From: Deferribacterales bacterium
GTDB lineage: Bacteria > Chrysiogenota > Deferribacteres > Deferribacterales > Geovibrionaceae
NCBI GenBank assembly: GCA_050251945.1
Contig: JBFWLW010000003.1
Location: forward strand, 1-64,000
Length of the DNA: 64,000 nt
Direction of reading: 5' to 3'
Under the pieces are notes generated by a model, which did not search any database, was not told the origin of the DNA, and saw only the letters and a list, made by a program, of their open reading frames with translations. Positions 26,654-39,300 of this stretch are shown here, in pieces. Both the position numbers and the translations under genes were made by a program. Every line of letters begins with the position of its first letter. Positions within the stretch are counted from its first letter, which is position 1.

Positions 26654-27399
26654 ACTATTACCTCTATGCGGTATTTAGTTCTGTCTGTGTATTCGCCACT
26701 TTCGTTTCTGAACCGCTCAACGTATTCGCGGATATATTTTTCGTCCAGCGGCACGTTATACGTTGAAAGCATGTCATATGTGTTCTTTACCATCCCGTCC
26801 AGCGTCCGCGAAACCACCCATTCACCGTCGACAGTTTCCGCAGAATATCCGTATCCGTTCTTTTCAAGCCATGCCTTCATGTTTAGCGAGTCGCTGAAAT
26901 CCCTCTGCGTGATGCCGAATTTTCCATACAGTCCGTTCAGTACAGCAGAATCCATCTTCCCGGCAAAGCCCATATAAGCTACATGACCGCATGAGCAGTC
27001 AGTCACTTTCCACCGCGCCTCGTCGGACTGTATGGCAGGGGTCATGGAACAAAACACAACGTCATATTTTCTGTCGGTTGAAAACCCTTTCCAGTCCGTA
27101 TGAACAGTCACAATGTTGTCCACACCGTTGTCTTTCGCATCCTCGTTCAGGATACGGAGCATCTCACCTGAAATATCCGTAGCAGTGACACTCTTCGCCT
27201 CTTTTGCGATGCGGATGGTATACATACCGCTTCCGCAGCCGACATCCAGAATGTCCGCATCCTTAAAAACAACGCCCATACGCTTTATTTTTCCGAGCAT
27301 CTCAGCTTCGTAATTGTCTTCTTTAGTCTCGTATCTGGGAAAGGTCTGCGCCTTGTTATCCCAGAAATCCGTCTGCTGATCTTTTGTTAGAGTATCCAT
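26641..27399 (-). CDS. Class I SAM-dependent methyltransferase
   Basis: ILDVGCGSG and DISGEML motifs. Confidence 0.9.
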   Translation of the reverse strand: MDTLTKDQQTDFWDNKAQTFPRYETKEDNYEAEMLGKIKRMGVVFKDADILDVGCGSGMYTIRIAKEAKSVTATDISGEMLRILNEDAKDNGVDNIVTVHTDWKGFSTDRKYDVVFCSMTPAIQSDEARWKVTDCSCGHVAYMGFAGKMDSAVLNGLYGKFGITQRDFSDSLNMKAWLEKNGYGYSAETVDGEWVVSRTLDGMVKNTYDMLSTYNVPLDEKYIREYVERFRNESGEYTDRTKYRIEVIVWRV

Positions 27400-29561
27400 T
27401 TTACGCTCACCCCCATATTAATTCCGAGTGCGGGATATCCCCACGACTCCTCGTAATCCGTGTCCGTAATGTTGTCTGCATAAAGCTCAAGAGTGACTTG
27501 TTTCGTGAGTTTATGTTTCAGACTGGCGTCAACGGTTATATAGCTGTCCAGTGTGGCGACGTCTGTGGTGTTGATTGCGTACTCGCGCTCACCAACGTAG
27601 GTCGAGCCGACATCCAGCCACGTCTTTTCAGTCATTTTCCAGCTAAATCCCGCCTGTGCTTTGTAGTCAGGGATGTAGTCCACCTTGTCAAGGTTGCCGT
27701 CGGGGTCGGCTGGGTCGTCATCTTTCTTCGTTTTCTGATATGTCACGCCGAAATTTCCCGACACTTTTTTCGTAATGTCGTGGGCTCCGGTCAGCGTTAC
27801 TCCAAGAAATTTTGCCTGAGCGTTGTATGCCGCAAACTGCGTCTTTTTCGATGTAAGCGAAACGGGAACAGCTTTATGTATAATGTAGTCATCCACATCA
27901 TAGTAATAGGCGGATAACTGGACAAACTCATTGCGTGAAAAACTGTGTCTGTATGCCGCGTCCAAAGCGTTTGCCTTTTCAGGCTTAAGTGCGCCTTCAA
28001 GATATGATATCTGTCCCGCGTTTGACTGTGAGTTCCAGTAAACCTCGGGCAGTGTGGGTGTTCTGTAGTTCTGATAAACAAAGACGGATACTTTATCCGC
28101 AGGTGTGATGGAATAGGTCGCGCCCAGTTTGGGAGTGACGGCTGAATCGGTGAAATCAGCATCCTCGACATCGGAATCAAAGTTGTCGTATCTCGCTCCG
28201 AAATTTAAACTCAATCTATCGGTAACGCTGTAAGTGTCGGAGATAAAAACACCGTCGGTTCGCGCATCGTTGCCGCCGGAATCGGACATATTGCCTGTCC
28301 AGCCGTTCTGCACTGCAGAGTTGTAATTCGTATCGACATATTTCACATCTATACCGCCGGATTTAAGATGTTTCTGTTCCGCGCCCGCAACTATAACATG
28401 CCTGCCCTTCGTTATCTCGGTTTTCAGCTTAAAGCCGTAACTTCTGTCCACCGCAATATCTCTGTCCAGAACGAGATCGCCGTCGGATGTCAGCGTCGCG
28501 TCAAAAGTGTCCAGAGCGCTGGTCTGTGCAAGCAGTCTGGATTCCACGTCAGCATAGTTTTTTTCCCGCCTGTCCTCGATATTCTTATAAGCGGACGCTT
28601 CGATATACACGTCATTGCCCATGAACTGCGAATATTTCACGTCAAGAAGCTGCCTGACCTTGCTCCAGTAGGCTCCGTCGCCGATGACGGTCATGGATGG
28701 CGTGGGAGTTCCGCCAGCGAAAGTCTCTCCGCTTGAAAGGGGATAATCGTCGTAAATCTTTGTATTATAACCTGCAAGGGTAGGGTCGGAATCGCTCGTT
28801 GAAACACCGTCTGCGCGGTTGGAACGTATCAGCCCGCGTCTTGTTTTCGTGTAGTTATACCCGAATACAAACTCGCCGCCGTCCCATGGTGTCTGCACAT
28901 AGAGTTTGGGTGCGATGTGGAAAGATTCATAATCGTTGTTGAGCAGGTACTCTTCCGCCTGCTGGTGGCTGATACCCAGACTGATTCCCACAGCGCCGAA
29001 CTGCTGTCCGTATGAACCACGGATATTGTGAAAATCGTCAGCATTGTCCCATCCGCCCAGTGTTCCGTAAAGACTGAGGGAAGGATTGGCGGACGGATGC
29101 GCCGTATAAGCGTTGATAACGCCGCCAAGGGCGCTGTTGCCGTATTCAGCTGAACTGCCGCCTTTGATAATCTCAATTCGGTCGATACTGTCCAGCGGTA
29201 TGGTGCCGAAATCTATGTAATTGCCGCCCACGTTGCCTGTGGAGCTTATGTTTCTGCCATCCAGATTGAGAAGAATCCTCTTGCTCTCCATTCAGCGGAT
29301 TGAAAGAACGTCACCGCTGTCGCCGAACGACGCTTTACGCTTCATGGATATCTCGGGGTCTTTTGCAACAAAATCGGCAATGTTGTTACTGCGGTTTTTT
29401 TCGACCACCTTTGCATCGGTTTTGTCCAGAGTGTTCACTGCGCCGGAATAAGCCGTATCCTCCACAGTAATGGTATCCAGATAATAAGTATCCTGCATAA
29501 GACTGTCCGCCGCCGCCGTTGCGGCGATCATGACCATTACGCAGGTCAACAGCTTTTTCAT
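27387..29561 (-). pseudogene. TonB-dependent receptor interrupted by one in-frame TGA (29292-29294)
   Basis: The ORFs 29292-29561 and 27387-29291 are contiguous and in frame; LSIR*MESKR falls where plug domains read IRG; LDTITVE TonB box, IDRIEIIKG plug motif and a beta-barrel C-terminus. Confidence 0.85.
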
Positions 29562-29586
29562 AACTCCTCCTCTTTCCGTTCACGGA

Positions 29587-29650
29587 ATTAAACAACCGTA
29601 CAGAGGAGTTGTCAATAAAAAACGTATTACTTTTTCTATTTTAGTATTAC
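29587..29650 (-). promoter_or_regulatory. Sigma70 promoter plus NikR-like operator
   Basis: TTGACA-N17-TTTAAT on the minus strand; GTATTAC-N13-GTATTAC at 29624-29650, one mismatch from a GTATTAC-N13-GTAATAC palindrome. Confidence 0.45.
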
Positions 29651-29697
29651 CAATAGAGCGCGAGCATATGCCAAGATGTTGCAGAATATGAAAAAAA

Positions 29698-29838
29698 TTA
29701 GCTCATATATTTTACAAGAAGCCCGAGAATGACAACAACAAGTAGCATGAACAGCAGCCTGCCGTTAAAATGGTCGTCATGACCGTATTGATCGTTCTCC
29801 TGTTCTTTGTTCTTGTCCTCTTTGTGGACAAAAAGCAT
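29698..29838 (-). CDS. Small 46-aa membrane protein
   Basis: MLFVHKEDKNKEQENDQYGHDDHFNGRLLFMLLVVVILGLLVKYMS; GGGGG 7 nt before ATG; single C-terminal TM helix; below the ORF-track length cut-off. Confidence 0.5.
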   Translation of the reverse strand: MLFVHKEDKNKEQENDQYGHDDHFNGRLLFMLLVVVILGLLVKYMS

Positions 29839-30371
29839 AGGGATACCCCCGAATGAATGTTGAAGCAGATTTTATAGTGATTAAAGATGCTTGTAAAGGA
29901 GAATGAAATACCTGTCGTTCACTATTTATGGATATGATATATCCATGATAAATCAAGCGAATGATGACTTCTGTTAAATTTTTACATAAAAATGTTAATT
30001 CTGGTTATTTGAAAACATAATACTTATTTTTATAATATTAACAATACTATGTGGCACAAAAGCATGATTCTAAGAAAAAAATGCAATTTCACTCTTATTA
30101 TCCTAAAAATATAAGTTCATTGATAAATAAGGGTAATTTTTTATATATTATTATCAAATAATATTTTTTTTAAATTGATATTTAAACTAACTTAAATTAA
30201 CGGTAAAATTCACTTTTACCGCATATTTACATCTTTCATCATAAACCACTGTTGTAGCAAATGAAATAATCGACCTATCATTAATAATAGTATCATTTTT
30301 TTGTATACAATGAGTTTTTTTTCTGTTTAAATCTGCACATTATTTCACAGTTATTTCAAGGGGTGTAGAAT

Positions 30372-33300
30372 ATGAAACAACTGCAGGCTATAGTCGGCAA
30401 GATCAGTGGCACATATTATGCCAGCACGCCTGAAGGCGAGGTAAGACTTCTTAAAGAGGGCGACCCTGTTTATGAAGGAGAAGCGGTTTACTCACAAAAT
30501 GAAGGTTCTGACGGGAACTTCATAAACCTTACCCGTGTCAACGGCGAGACTGTTGTTCTGACGGATACTTCATATTATCTGGTGGAGAACAACGTTACCG
30601 GAAACGACGAAACGGAAAAACCGCAAAACCTGCGGGAAAATGCACAGGGTACCGAAGAAACATTTCGCGGAAGAGCACGTGACGACGCGCAGCAAACGCA
30701 ACAGGAAGAAGAGACTGCAATCTCTTTTACTCCCGACGCAGGCGAAAGAGTTGAACCCGGCATAATCACGGTTGAATACAAACCGGAAACGGCCGTTCCT
30801 GTCATTCAGGAAGAAACACCGCAAACACAGGAGTCGGCACCGGAAGCCCCTGTTTCAAGCGTCTCAAACAATGCTCCTGAAACTCTCGACAGCGTTGTGA
30901 CAGGCATAGAGGACACTTCGTACACATTTAAACCGTCCGACTTCGGCTTCACCGATATTGACGGCGATCCTTTACAGACCATACGCATAGACACATTGCC
31001 GGAGAACGGTACTCTGTACATCGACGGCATACCCGCATCCGCAGGAACCACAGTCACTGCTAACCAGATATCATCCGGTCTGCTCACTTTTCTCTCAGAC
31101 ACTGACGAAAACGGGCAGAACTATACCACATTTCTTTTCAGCATTTCAGACGGAAAGGACTTCAGCTCTCTGCCGGGTAACATGACGGTGCATATCCTGC
31201 CCGTCGACGATCCGACACTTCTTTCCATTGACGCAACAAACCCTGCAGTTTTCACCGAAAACAGCGCCGCAACTGCAATTGCGGACGGCATAACCCTTAG
31301 AGATACCGATTCGGAAATCACTCAGGTAACGGTGAAAATAGGCGGAATGGTCAGCGGAGATGTCTTAAGCTGTACAACTCCTGCGGAAAGCGGGCTTTCA
31401 GCATCGTATGATGCCGCCACGGGCACGCTCACCATCACGGGAACTGCATCTCCTGCCGTTTACCAATCGGTGTTGGAGAGTATCGAATTCATTAATACAT
31501 CTGAAGACCCCACCGCAAACGCAACGTCCGTAACAAGAACTCTTGAGTGGACAGTCACAAATTCAGAAAACATAGAAACAGCGACGACATCAGATATATC
31601 GGTCGTACCCGCAACAGACAGCCCTGAACTTGCCGTTTCAGGAGCCGCAGAATACAAAGCCGGCGGAAACGATGTTACGGCACTTTCATCAGCGCTGATA
31701 GCAGACGTTGACGACACCCATATGAATGGCGCAGTGATCACTATAACGGCGGGATTCACCGAAGGGGACTATCTCTCTGCCGCAACGGCAGGCACTTCCA
31801 TCACAGCATCATATGATGCGGCGACTGGAACTCTCACCCTGACAGGCACCGACACACTTGAAAACTACCGTGCGGTTCTCACAGGGATGCAGTACGGTTC
31901 CACAAACCCGACGCCAGCCATCGACAGTGCCACACGCGAGATAACATGGCAGGTGACGGACGCCAACAGCGACCTTGCGGGTGCAGGGATCAGCAACTCC
32001 GGTACAAGCACTGTAGCAATAGACCCTGTACCCGTTGCAAATCAGGCGGCTGACAAAACGGTCACCGAGGCAGATGAAGGCTCGCCCGCCCCGCAGGCAG
32101 AGGGCAACCTTTTTACAGACGGTACGGAATATGAAGACGGAAAAGATTACATACCGGAGAACGGAACCCCCGTTGTTTACGAAGTGCGTTACTATGACGA
32201 TCTCGGACAGCTTCAGACGACGGAGCTTACCGATACTGTTACTGTCATCGATACTCTTTACGGCGAACTGACAATAAACAGGGAAACGGGTGATTATACT
32301 TTCAAACCCGACGACGTTCTCAACCATCCGTCGGGCAACACACTCACAGAAACTTTCAGCTACAGCATAAAAGACACATCTGACGGCGACGTTTCAAACT
32401 TTGCCGACCAGAACATCGTGATATACGACGGCACAGACCCTATTCTGAATCCGGAAGGCACCGGGGTCAGCGAGATGAATCTCCCTGACGGTCTGATTCC
32501 CAATCCGGCGGCTCTCATAAAATCCGGCACTCTCGGCGTGGAAGGCGGAAGCGATACTTTCAGCGTCCGTTTCGATAGCGACGCAGTGGATAATCTTACC
32601 TCTATGGGACTGACATCAGGCGGATACAGCATAACATATGAAATGTCTTCCGACGGACTCGCCATCGTTGCAAAAGCCAACGGCGCAGAGGTATTTACGG
32701 TAACAATCACGGATCCGGCCTCCGAATCCGCAGGTTATACGTTCGAGCTGAAACAGCCTCTGGATTCGGGCGAGGATGTAACGTACACCTTCCCTGTCAC
32801 AGTCACCGATTCCGACGGCGACAGCGCAGGTGCGCAATTCGACGTTGTAGTAACCGACGTTAAACCCATGGCAAATCAGGCAGCGGATATCAACCTTACG
32901 GAAAAAAGCTATGACGGCGCAAGCGTAACGGCAACGGGCAACCTGCTTACAGACGGCACAGGCTATTCCGACGGACAGGACTATGTTCCTTCCGGCGGCA
33001 CTGCATACATAAACGAAATCAAATACTACGACGGGAACGGCGACCTTCAGACAGTCACACTGACACAGACAGTGACAACGCTGAACACCCAATACGGCGA
33101 ACTTACCATAAACAGAGAAACTGGCGAATACAGCTATACGCTGACAGAGCCTTCCGACCACACCGATTCCGACACACTTACGGAAAGTTTCAAATATAAC
33201 ATCATCGACATAAGCGACGGTCAGGTCTCAAACTTTGCAGACCAGATCATAACAATCAGTGACGGTGCAGACCCCGTATTCGTATCCGCAACCGGCGTTA

Positions 33301-36300
33301 CTGTCGAGGAAACGGATTTCACAGGCGGGCTTGCCGGCGAGACCAACGCGGAGCTTTCCGAAACGGGCATCATCAATGTCACAGGCGGAAGCGATACCTT
33401 TGACGTGACGATAAATGACAGTATCGTGAGCCAGCTTGAAGCGCTTAACATCACTGCGGGCGGAAAAGAGGTGACATACACACTGTCCGAAGACGGACAC
33501 ACGCTCACTGCCACAGCAGACGGCGCTGAAGTGTTCGTTCTGTCGCTTACAGATACAAACACGGAAACAGCCGGTTACAGCTTCGCGCTTAAATCCCCCA
33601 TTAACTATGTTAACGATCTCACTATTTCCATACCCTTGGACGTGGCAGATGCGGACGGAGATACCGTATCAGGTTCCTTCGATATAACCATAGCGGACGA
33701 TTATCCGGTTGCGAATTCTGCTGCGGATGTAACACTGGCGGAAAAATCATACGACGGCACGGAAAACAGCGTTGACGGCAACCTGTTCACCGACGGCGCA
33801 GACCATGCGTCAGGCGAGGATTTCATACCCGTCAACGGAACAGGTCAGATATATCAGGTGAAATATTATGATCCGGCAGGTGTTTTGCAGACCGCAACCC
33901 TGACCCAGACAGTGACCACTCTTGATACTGAATACGGCGAACTGACCATCAACCGTGATACGGGCGCATACATCTTCACAGCCGACCAAACCATCGACCA
34001 CCCCATCGGCAACAGCGTTACGGAAACCTTCCAGTACAACTTTAAAGACACGTCTGACGGCGACGTTTCAAACTTCGCAACTCAGAACGTGATAATCACC
34101 GACGGCGCAAACCCCACCATCGGAACGCCCGATGCGTCCACAGTATACGAAGCATCCCTCACAGGCGGGTCAGACCCCGATGCGGCGGAGCTTACGCAGA
34201 CAGGAACACTCGGCGTGACAGGCGGAAGCGACACTTTCGATACGGTTTTCAACCAGAGCACCATCGACTACATGAACTCTCTGACACTCAGAACACCCAG
34301 CAATACGCTCATAACCTACAGTGTTACAAACAACGGTCATACCCTGACAGCGTCCGCAGGCGGAGCCACCGTGTTCACGGTGGATATCAGCGACCCGGCG
34401 GAGGATACTGCAGCATACAGCTTTAACCTCTCAGGCTCCATAAAGAACGCAAACGACGTCACCCTCGCGATACCATTCACGGTTACAGACAGCGACGGCG
34501 ACAGCGTTTCATCTTCCATAAATGTTACGGTGGTGGACGACAATCCAGTGGCATATGCCGCGCCTGACACCGTAGTTTACGAAAAATCCGTAAGCGGGGC
34601 GGGCAATCTGGTCGTAACAGCCAATCTGTTCACCGACGGAACCACGTCGGATTTTATCCCTGCGGGCGGTGTTAAGCAGATAAATCAGGTAACGTATGTC
34701 AACGCTTCGGGAGTGGAGACAACCGCAACCCTTGCCGCCGGAAACAATACGCTTACCACGCAATACGGCACTCTGGTGATAAACAGCACCACAGGCGCAT
34801 ACACCTTCACATCCGCCGACAATATTGACCACACAGGAACAACTGACGATCAGGTCGCAGTGACCTTCAGCTACAACTTTAAGGACACCACCGACGGCGA
34901 CGTTTCCAACACGGTTTCACAGACCATCATAATTAAAGACGGACAGGTTCCCGACGCAGGCGCAGACGTTTATGTGACCATGGACGAAAAATATCTCATA
35001 AAAGGTTCCGAACCTGACAGCACAATGACCGTTGAAACGGGAGAGCTGAACATAACCCGCGGAAGCGACGAAATAACAACTAAATTCGCCGTAACCGAAG
35101 CGGATATGCTGGCTCTCGGTCTGGAATCAAACGGAGTGGCGCTTACATACACAGTCACGGATACCGTGATAACAGGTATGGCAGGTTCCGACACCGTTTT
35201 CATAATAACGATAGTCAACAGTACAGGGCTTAACCCCGAATATAAGGTTGAGCTGATAAGCAACCTCGACAACCCGCCGGAATCATCAGGCGACACGGAC
35301 ATAACTTTTGTCCTTCCCGTCGTAGTGACGGACATCGACGGTGATACCGATACAAACAATATACACATCACAGTTGTGGACGATTCTGCAAAAGAGGTTC
35401 AGAACATCACCGTTATTGAAGATATTGCAAAGACGTTCACCACAAACGCGGACGTTAACCCCGAATCCACAACGGCATCAGTCGCAACATACGGTGACAT
35501 AACCATCAATACGGACGGGACCATAACTTATACGCTGAAACCTGAATATCAGCATTACAGCGGCGGAGACCAGTTCACCTATACAACAGTGTCTTCGGAC
35601 GGCGGCTCCAAGACGACTACAGTGAACATAACTGTAACCCCTGTTGATGACGCACCTGCATGGGCGGGCGATACGGACTACGGCGCACCGTACGGAACAC
35701 TTATTGAGGACGCAGGCAACATCACACTGACAAACCTGACGCTGCCCGTTATAACTGACAACACGGATAAAAACGGTGCCGATGCCGGAGACCATCCCGA
35801 AAGGCTCGGATATATCACATTTGAGAACGTTCCGGCTGGAACAGTCTTCGGATATGTTCATGACTCCGTAGGCGGTTCCGTAACGGTGGATTCTTCCAAA
35901 ACCGTCACCATAGTGATAGTAAATGATGACGGTTCGCTCAACACGGACTACCACTACACAGGGCTTTCCACATCAGGTGCAGGAGTGATCGCACTCACCG
36001 AGGCGGAATATCAGGCACTGACATACAAACCCGCCCCCGACAGCGCGAAGGACGTAACCTTTGAGGTTCATTCCACCAGCTATGAGGTCGACGACAGCGG
36101 CGTTCCCCTCGACATGACCGGAGCCGAAAGCTACGACGAAGTCACTGTCGTGGTTAAGGCAGTAACAGACGATGTGAGCCTTGCGCTCACTGATTCCGGC
36201 ACAGACACCGCAACAGGGGACGAAGACGGCTGGATAAACGTCAGCAGTCTGTTCGACGGAGTTACCGGCGACTACACTGACGGTTCCGAAACCCAGACAT

Positions 36301-39300
36301 TTACAATTTCGGGACTCCCCGCCGGATGGACGTTCTACGTAACGACATCGGACACGGTTCCCGCAGATTCCGCAAGCGGAACGGCTGTTGGCGACGACGG
36401 CGAATTCACCGTCACGTTGGCGCAGGGCAAAACCTTTGAAGACTACTATATCTATGTCAAACCGCCTAAGGATTATTCAGGCACAGTCACAGGGCTGACA
36501 GCCACTCTGGAATCCACCGACCACGAATCGGCAGGCGACTATAACGCAGGAACGGCAGTCGATCCCGAAAGCGCGCAGGTGACAGGCATCAGCATAACCG
36601 TGAACCCCGTGACAGACACACCCACCATAGCGGTGCGCGAACTTGTCACATCGGAAGATACGGCTGTGACCATGGATATCCGCCCCATAATGACCGACAG
36701 CAGCGAACAGGCGCTCTCTGTTTCAATAGCGGACATCCCCGAAGGCGCTAAAATAACAAAAGCCGACGGAACAGTGCTTTATGACGGCACACTCCCCGAC
36801 CCCACAGGAAGCGTTACTCTGGTCATCGGCGTGGATGTCACATACGAGGAGCTGAAAGATATCAAATTCGTTCCTCCGGCGAACTCAAACGTTAACGACA
36901 TAGTTCTTAAAATAACCCCGGCCATACAGGATCCCGGCGCGGATGCTTTCGGAGTGGAATACGAAGTTCCGGTACATATCAAGGGCGTTGCGGATTCGCT
37001 TTCAGTTAACGCTCCTTCTTCCTACACAGGACTTGAGAACGGAAAAGTACAGTTTAACGCGCACGCATCAACAGCGGACACCGACGGTTCGGAAACGATC
37101 TCCTATCTTGTGGAGGTTCCCGCAGGCGTAAAATTTGTAGACGCTTCCGGAAATCCGGCGGGTTCGTACATGGGCAACAACATGTGGGCTGTTTCTCAGG
37201 CAGAGGTCGACGCGGGCGTTTATTTTGAAGCAGCGCAAGACTGGTCGGGAGTTATATCCGGTCTGAAACTGGTTACAACCGTAACAGAAAACGACGGTCA
37301 CTCGCTCTCAACCGAATCGGCATTCGACATAACTGTCAACCCCGTAGTAACAGCCGACAACAGCATAATAGGCAGTGCATCGGGCAATGAGGACGATTAC
37401 ATAACGCTCAGCATCGGAAGTGCAGGGGACGGTTCCGAAACCGTTGCGCAGGTATCCATTCCGATGGCAAGCATACCCGCAGGACTGGAGCTTGTCGTAT
37501 GGAACGGTTCCACATGGGTAACTCCTGCCAACGACGGCACGAACTACATAGTGAACCCCTCGGATGTGGACGGCGGAACTTTCAGCGGAAACATTGCTCT
37601 GCACGTTACCGACAGCGGCGCATTCTCCCAGCTTAACGGAGATGGCGTTGCAACTATACAGAACGTAACTGTCACCGTGCAGGATAAATACGACGGTACC
37701 GCGGGCGGAACGGAAGTTATAACTTCAACGTTTACCAACGACGCATCCGTCAGCATCGAAGCGGTGGCAGACGCACCGGTTTTAAGCTATACCTCCGGCG
37801 GCGTGATAAGCGGAACATGTTCGGGTCCGGACATTGACCTCGGCGTGGACAAAACGTACACGGACAACGACGGTTCAGAAATACATTATTATATAATCAG
37901 CGGCGTCCCCACAGGTGTAAACCTTATTAACGCCACATATAACGGCGACGGAACATGGTACGCCGAGGACATAGCGAACGTTCAGGCGGACATCACCCCC
38001 GCGGCATCGGACGGAAGCTATACCTTAACAGTCGTTGGCTATTCGGTTGAACAGTCGAACGGAGACACCGCGACATCGTCCGAAATGTCCGTCACAATGA
38101 ACATCAGCATAGGCTGTACCGGTCCCGGCGAGCCTGCATATGTGGTTGAAGCGCCTACCCTCACTCTTCAGAAAAATCCCGTGGCGGAAGATTCGGGAAG
38201 CGTGACACTGCGCACATACATAACGGCTCTCAGCCTCAGCACACCGCAGGACAGCTCAACGGAAACGTTAAGTCTGGTCATCAAGGATATCCCCGCAGGT
38301 ATCACGCTGGAATCGACAGATGAATCCATAGTGTCACTGCGCTACTACACGGATACCGACGGAAATCAGGCTATCAGGGTCATAATCAGCGATTCAAACA
38401 ACGCCCTTGAAGCGATGAACTATGTCAGTGTGACGCTCCCCGCGAACTACAGCGGAGACCTGCCTGCGTTTGACATAATCGCCGTTGCAACCGAAACAGG
38501 AAACGGATATCCCATAACAGCGAACACAGAGGGCGAGCTTGTTATAAACATCAACCCCGTGGCGGACAGCCTCACCGCATCCGCAAACCCGACAGTGGAC
38601 GAAGATAAGATAACAAAACTTTCACTCACCCTCGGCACAGGCGACGATGTGACATCAGCCGACGACAGCACGGAAGTTATCAGCGGCGTCAGGATACAGA
38701 TAACGTACGGAACATTCGTGGATGAAGACGGCAACGGACTGGGCAACAATATAAGCGTCACCGTCGACCCCGACGGCACAGTGAAAACACTTGGCGGAAC
38801 GATTGTCTATTTTCTTTCAGACGGTCAGGATGCAACGAAAACAGTGGACATTGTTGTAAGCGGCACAGTCACCGACACATCAATAGTGGACGGTTCCGTG
38901 ATAACAAGCACTCCTCTGAACGACAGCCAGACAATACATATAAGCGTTAATCCCATACCCGACCCGGCAGGTTCGTCTGACGACGACCCCGACAGCACGT
39001 CCGCTCTGGCAGCGAACGACGTGACCGGAGACGAGGACACTCCAATACAGCTCGACCTTACGATATCATTCCCCGACGGCGACAGCTCCGAGCTTCAGTC
39101 ACTTAAGATAACGGGAGTTCCGGCGGGAGCCATGATAACGGATTCCACAGGAACCATCGTAGGTCAGAACAACGGCGACGGTTCATGGATGATAACTTCC
39201 ATACCCGCAGGCGGTCTGTTCTTCGTCGGCTCTCAGAACGCCAGCGGAGAAGTAGCTCTCAGTGTCGTTGCATACGCCATTGAAAAAGATACCATGCAGA

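Noticed and set aside
29292..29294. In-frame TGA read as selenocysteine
   Set aside because: The position corresponds to the conserved Gly of the IRG plug motif, not a Cys; a single GGA-to-TGA change explains it
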